Shown here: positions 63,241 through 64,000 of the stretch, piece after piece | How the letters are laid out: each line of letters starts with the position of its first letter | Numbering within the stretch: position 1 is the stretch's first letter | Assembly: GCA_963831515.1 (NCBI GenBank) | Contig: CAWHQL010000001.1 | Location: 78,555 to 142,554, forward strand | From: an uncultured Alphaproteobacteria bacterium | Lineage (GTDB): Bacteria > Pseudomonadota > Alphaproteobacteria > Rhizobiales > Xanthobacteraceae | Direction: 5' to 3' | DNA: 64,000 nt | Translations under genes and position numbers: made by a program | Notes under the pieces: generated by a model | The model's database searches: none | Told to the model about the DNA's origin: nothing | What the model saw: the letters and a program-made list of their open reading frames with translations, nothing else

Positions 63241-64000
63241 CTAGTTTGCACCGTTGGTCGGCTGCGACAGCGCGGCAACAGCTTCGTTGACCGCATCGAT
63301 CGATTTTTCGGCAGCATCCATGCCGATCTGAATCGCTTCGGCGGCGCGATGGAATTCAAACCAGCCGACGCTGCCAAGGCGCGGGCTGATCAGGACGTCC
63401 GGCGGATCGCCTGCCAGCCGCGCGCGGGTGATGCGGTCCTGCATGACGTTGAAGGCTTCGACCATGACGGTCGGCAAGCCCGGACGTCCGCGTCGTCCCA
63501 TGAATTGACGGCGCAAGGTTCGGTCGCCCTTGAACATCCCGCGCAACCCGTTGGATTTGGCTGGCACGGTCGGCGGGACGTCTGACTCGTCCGAGCCATG
63601 GCTTGCGATGATCGTGCCGCGTCCGAACAGGTCGGCATTGAGATTGACGGCGATCACCAGCCTCGCGCCGAGAGCGCGAGCGGCCGAGACCGGCACCGGA
63701 TTGACCAATGCGCCGTCGACCAACCAGCGGCCGCCGATCAGCACAGGCGGAAAAATTCCCGGCAGGGCGTAGGAGGCACGAAGCGCTTCGCTCAGCCGTC
63801 CGCGTGTCAACCAGATTTCATGACCGGTGTTGAATTCGGTAGCGATGGCGGCAAAGCGCGTCGGCAGATCGTCAATGCGCGTGTCTTTGAGTCCGGTTTC
63901 GAGCTGGTTGGCGAGATGCCCACCGCCGATGAGGCCGGAGCCGGCGAGGCTGATGTCGAGATAACCCAGCACGCCGCGAACGGTGAGGGTGCGTGCCCAG
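63241..64000 (-). CDS. patatin-like phospholipase, C-terminal part (5' end beyond the window)
   Basis: The ORF is open to the window edge. RASYALPGIFPPV...VDGALVNPVPV is the catalytic Asp (DGA) motif region. Confidence 0.8.
   Translation of the reverse strand, partial: WARTLTVRGVLGYLDISLAGSGLIGGGHLANQLETGLKDTRIDDLPTRFAAIATEFNTGHEIWLTRGRLSEALRASYALPGIFPPVLIGGRWLVDGALVNPVPVSAARALGARLVIAVNLNADLFGRGTIIASHGSDESDVPPTVPAKSNGLRGMFKGDRTLRRQFMGRRGRPGLPTVMVEAFNVMQDRITRARLAGDPPDVLISPRLGSVGWFEFHRAAEAIQIGMDAAEKSIDAVNEAVAALSQPTNGAN

Noticed and set aside
1-64000. Searched by eye for CRISPR arrays, IS elements or transposases, integrases, prophage genes, toxin-antitoxin pairs, restriction-modification or other defence genes, and rRNA.
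   Set aside because: None was found. The only mobile-DNA signatures are the tRNA-Leu fragment duplication and the REP-like palindromes.

Overview
This is a visibly GC-rich chromosomal segment that looks alphaproteobacterial. The gene content resembles Bradyrhizobiaceae/Nitrobacteraceae: Bug-family and PF04392-type binding proteins, DUF3126 next to cysE, and palindromic REP-like elements of the type gtcccgggcatcc / aagacgtgaatggccgg. It is densely packed with about 75 protein genes and one tRNA. I found no transposase, integrase, CRISPR array or rRNA.

Main blocks:
- (1) A CHASE4-like GGDEF-EAL enzyme, followed by the four-gene Anbu proteasome-like / transglutaminase / alpha-E / circularly permuted ATP-grasp module.
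- (2) gpt, a Bug-family binding protein, a YcbB-like L,D-transpeptidase, and tRNA-Leu(UAA). The 53-nt 3' half of this tRNA is repeated about 1.2 kb downstream, bracketing a tiny integrase-less relic islet that holds a frameshifted gene.
- (3) A divergent copA-csoR pair with a CsoR-type operator.
- (4) cysE followed by an internally duplicated DUF3126 gene.
- (5) minCDE.
- (6) An approximately 11.3 kb, 13-gene co-directional array, urtA(frameshifted)BCDE-ureD-ureA-hupE-ureB-ureC-ureE-ureF-ureG, preceded by a perfect sigma-54 promoter core.
- (7) A GntR / SnoaL-like / Liv-type ABC locus whose LivM, LivG and LivF modules are fused into one 834-aa ORF.
- (8) A PAS_5(DUF1457) - tandem-PilZ - LapG-like BTLCP protease triad.
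- (9) A 410-bp gene-free spacer carrying two strong plus-strand intrinsic terminators with no upstream plus-strand gene, which suggests candidate small RNA(s) or a leader.

The most interesting candidates for poorly understood or undescribed biology are the Anbu module, the PAS_5/PilZ/BTLCP triad, and the orphan-terminator RNA locus.

Limits: all family assignments come from motif and sequence recognition by eye, and no database search was run. Start codons are best guesses based on RBS, signal-peptide and overlap logic.
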